A stretch of DNA of 32,000 nt from Mycobacterium tuberculosis H37Rv (GTDB taxonomy: Bacteria > Actinomycetota > Actinomycetes > Mycobacteriales > Mycobacteriaceae): the NCBI RefSeq assembly GCF_000195955.2, contig NC_000962.3, positions 3,900,001 to 3,932,000 of the forward strand, written 5' to 3'. The notes under the pieces were generated by a model, which saw nothing but the letters and a program-made list of their open reading frames with translations, ran no database searches and was not told where the DNA came from. The first letter of the stretch is position 1; each line of letters opens with the position of its first letter. The position numbers and the translations under genes were made by a program. Shown in pieces: positions 24,890-32,000 of this stretch.

Positions 24890-26398
24890 ATGACTCCCAC
24901 TCACCCGACCGTCACCGAACTTCTGCTGCCGCTATCCGAAATCGACGATCGGGGCGTCTATTTCGAGGACTCGTTCACCAGTTGGCGCGACCACATCCGG
25001 CACGGTGCCGCAATCGCCGCAGCGCTGCGGGAACGCCTGGACCCGGCGCGGCCGCCACACGTCGGTGTGTTACTGCAGAACACGCCGTTCTTCTCGGCGA
25101 CACTGGTGGCCGGCGCGCTGTCGGGGATCGTCCCGGTGGGCCTCAACCCGGTGCGCCGCGGCGCGGCACTGGCCGGCGACATCGCTAAAGCCGACTGCCA
25201 GTTGGTGCTCACCGGCTCGGGATCGGCGGAGGTACCGGCCGATGTCGAGCACATCAATGTCGACTCCCCCGAATGGACCGACGAGGTGGCCGCACACCGG
25301 GATACCGAGGTGCGTTTTCGATCCGCGGATCTCGCAGACCTTTTCATGCTGATCTTCACCTCGGGCACCAGCGGCGACCCGAAGGCGGTGAAGTGCAGCC
25401 ACCGCAAGGTTGCGATCGCCGGCGTGACGATCACGCAGCGCTTCAGTCTGGGCCGCGACGACGTCTGCTACGTCTCGATGCCGTTGTTCCATTCCAACGC
25501 GGTGCTGGTCGGCTGGGCGGTGGCTGCGGCCTGCCAAGGCTCAATGGCGTTGCGACGCAAATTTTCGGCGTCGCAGTTCCTGGCCGACGTCCGCCGTTAT
25601 GGCGCCACTTACGCCAACTACGTGGGCAAGCCTCTTTCGTATGTGCTTGCGACACCGGAGCTTCCCGACGACGCGGACAACCCGCTGCGGGCGGTGTACG
25701 GCAACGAGGGAGTACCCGGTGACATCGACCGTTTCGGGCGCAGGTTCGGCTGCGTTGTCATGGACGGCTTCGGCTCGACTGAAGGCGGGGTGGCGATCAC
25801 GCGGACACTCGACACCCCGGCGGGCGCCCTGGGCCCACTGCCGGGGGGAATCCAAATCGTCGACCCCGACACCGGCGAACCGTGCCCGACAGGAGTGGTC
25901 GGCGAACTGGTCAACACCGCCGGGCCGGGCGGTTTCGAAGGCTATTACAACGACGAGGCCGCCGAGGCCGAGCGGATGGCCGGCGGCGTCTACCACAGTG
26001 GCGACCTCGCCTATCGCGACGACGCCGGCTACGCCTATTTCGCCGGTCGGCTCGGCGACTGGATGCGAGTCGACGGTGAAAATCTAGGCACCGCACCGAT
26101 CGAGCGGGTGCTGATGCGCTACCCGGACGCCACCGAGGTCGCTGTGTATCCGGTACCCGATCCGGTGGTGGGTGATCAGGTGATGGCCGCGTTAGTGTTG
26201 GCGCCCGGCACCAAATTCGATGCCGACAAGTTCCGGGCGTTTCTGACCGAGCAGCCCGACCTGGGGCACAAGCAGTGGCCGTCGTATGTGCGGGTCAGCG
26301 CGGGGCTGCCGCGCACCATGACCTTCAAGGTGATCAAGCGCCAGTTGTCGGCCGAAGGTGTCGCCTGCGCCGATCCGGTGTGGCCGATTCGCCGGTAG
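24890..26398 (+). CDS. fadD17: Acyl-CoA (steroid/fatty-acid) ligase, adenylate-forming enzyme
   Basis: AMP-binding signature LIFTSGTSGDPKAV. YHSGDLAYRDDAGYAYFAGRLGDWMRVDGENL hinge region. 502 aa. Confidence 0.92.
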   Translation: MTPTHPTVTELLLPLSEIDDRGVYFEDSFTSWRDHIRHGAAIAAALRERLDPARPPHVGVLLQNTPFFSATLVAGALSGIVPVGLNPVRRGAALAGDIAKADCQLVLTGSGSAEVPADVEHINVDSPEWTDEVAAHRDTEVRFRSADLADLFMLIFTSGTSGDPKAVKCSHRKVAIAGVTITQRFSLGRDDVCYVSMPLFHSNAVLVGWAVAAACQGSMALRRKFSASQFLADVRRYGATYANYVGKPLSYVLATPELPDDADNPLRAVYGNEGVPGDIDRFGRRFGCVVMDGFGSTEGGVAITRTLDTPAGALGPLPGGIQIVDPDTGEPCPTGVVGELVNTAGPGGFEGYYNDEAAEAERMAGGVYHSGDLAYRDDAGYAYFAGRLGDWMRVDGENLGTAPIERVLMRYPDATEVAVYPVPDPVVGDQVMAALVLAPGTKFDADKFRAFLTEQPDLGHKQWPSYVRVSAGLPRTMTFKVIKRQLSAEGVACADPVWPIRR

Positions 26399-26568
26399 CC
26401 TCACGGCGCGCCACCATGCTCACCGGGATCTGGCCGGATGGTGGACCCGAATAATCGGGTAGAACCGCCGAATGAGCTGCCCGGATCGCGATACGATCCA
26501 TTCCTAGCAATTGCACCGATGATGCACGGCCGCGGCCGGGTTCGGCTTGGGCTGGTGCGAGGTACCGG

Positions 26569-30714
<4,146 letters not shown>

Positions 30715-31004
30715 GGTTGACCGGCGATCACCGTAGCCAGCACGGCCCGTGACACCGGTCCGGCACGCCACCCTCGTCGTTCAGGTGGTGTCGCCACTCG
30801 CGCTACACAACGCTTCACGGCACTCGTCGAGACTTATGCTCGAGTTCTGATACGTGGAGCAACTGTTTTGGCGTTCGACCCGTATTGCGCAGGTGGCGGT
30901 ACTGGAAAACGTAGACGTGTTGGGCGGGTGACGAATAAGATCCTGGCCTAACTACTGCGTCAATTATGCCGCGGTGGCCGCGCCGTCCGGTTGGGAGTTC
31001 GCCC

Positions 31005-32000
31005 ATGTCGTTCGTGTTGATCGCACCGGAATTCGTGACAGCAGCCGCGGGGGATCTGACGAATCTGGGTTCGTCGATTAGCGCGGCCAACGCGTCGGCA
31101 GCCAGTGCGACCACGCAGGTGCTGGCTGCGGGCGCCGATGAGGTGTCTGCCCGTATTGCGGCGCTGTTCGGCGGGTTTGGCCTGGAGTACCAGGCGATTA
31201 GTGCGCAGGTGGCGGCCTACCACCAGCGGTTTGTGCAGGCCTTGAGTACCGGCGCGGGCGCATATGCCTCGGCCGAGGCCGCCGCCGCTGAGCAGATCGT
31301 GCTGGGCGTGATCAATGCGCCCACCCAGGCGCTGCTGGGGCGCCCGTTGATCGGTGACGGCGCCAATGCGACGACTCCCGGCGGGGCCGGCGGGGCCGGC
31401 GGTCTGCTGTTCGGCAACGGCGGGGCCGGGGCAGCCGGGGCGCCCGGCCAGGCCGGCGGGCCTGGCGGGCCCGCCGGATTGTGGGGCAACGGCGGGCCCG
31501 GCGGGGCCGGCGGCAGCGGTGGGGGCACCGGCGGTGCCGGCGGCGCCGGTGGGTGGCTGTTCGGGGTTGGCGGCGCCGGCGGTGTCGGTGGGGCCGGTGG
31601 CGGCACCGGCGGGGCGGGCGGGCCCGGTGGTTTGATCTGGGGCGGCGGCGGGGCCGGCGGTGTCGGTGGGGCCGGTGGCGGCACCGGCGGGGCCGGCGGC
31701 CGCGCCGAGCTGCTGTTCGGCGCCGGCGGTGCGGGTGGGGCGGGCACCGACGGCGGGCCCGGTGCTACCGGCGGGACCGGCGGACACGGCGGAGTCGGCG
31801 GCGACGGCGGATGGCTGGCACCCGGCGGGGCCGGCGGGGCCGGCGGGCAAGGCGGGGCAGGTGGTGCCGGCAGCGATGGTGGCGCGTTGGGTGGTACCGG
31901 CGGGACGGGCGGTACCGGCGGCGCCGGTGGCGCCGGCGGTCGCGGCGCACTGCTGCTGGGCGCTGGCGGACAGGGCGGCCTCGGCGGCGCCGGCGGACAA
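31005..32000 (+). CDS. PE_PGRS54: PE_PGRS family protein, 5' 332 codons only; continues beyond window end
   Basis: Absent from ORF track (open at the edge). ATG 31005: [80 protein letters not shown]... [22 protein letters not shown], then PGRS repeats, in frame to 32000. Confidence 0.9.

Noticed and set aside
26411-26460. Short inverted repeats after fadD17 (CCACCAT...ATGGTGG 26411-26444; ACCCGA-ataa-TCGGGT 26445-26460) as a possible terminator, and TACGAT (26492-26497) as a PE_PGRS53 -10 box
   Set aside because: The stems are only 6-7 bp in GC-rich DNA, where such matches arise easily. There is no U-tract and no supporting evidence. Noted but not called as features.
30960-32000. Minus-strand ORFs of 346 aa and 176 aa opposite PE_PGRS54
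   Set aside because: The same repeat-driven artefact. The plus frame from ATG 31005 encodes a clear PE domain followed by PGRS repeats.

Overview
High-GC actinobacterial chromosomal DNA. From protein sequences and gene order (memory, no search run) I recognise it as the Mycobacterium tuberculosis complex region corresponding to Rv3480c-Rv3508. I call 29 protein-coding genes; two run off the window edges and are missing from the ORF track. Left third (1-10.5 kb): cell-envelope and housekeeping genes. These are a WS/DGAT fragment, three membrane/secreted proteins, the LCP ligase cpsA, an SDR, a DoxX protein, esterase lipF, a PadR regulator, a 54-aa ORF coupled to otsA, and a Cys-rich secreted protein. 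Centre (10.5-20.9 kb, minus strand): the complete mce4 sterol-uptake operon (yrbE4A/B, mce4A-D, lprN, mce4F, two Mce-associated genes). Upstream of it lie hsd4A-fdxD, divergent from fadE26-fadE27-fadD17. A perfect KstR operator sits in that divergent intergenic region. Right (26.6-32 kb): PE_PGRS53 (complete) and the 5' part of PE_PGRS54. I see no rRNA, tRNA, IS element, prophage or CRISPR array. I find no evidence for an undescribed multi-gene system; the large systems here (Mce4 import, cholesterol side-chain catabolism) are already described. What merits a second look is small-scale: a 62-nt near-perfect hairpin after otsA, palindromes around a TAGAAT -10 box upstream of the PadR gene, and a probable leaderless small ORF coupled to otsA. 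Also notable are the lipF start-site ambiguity, unusual convergent gene overlaps, short tandem repeats and hairpins at the fadE27/fadD17 junction, and non-PGRS insertions and perfect in-frame repeats inside PE_PGRS53. Many long ORFs in the track are antisense or alternative-frame artefacts of high GC and were rejected.
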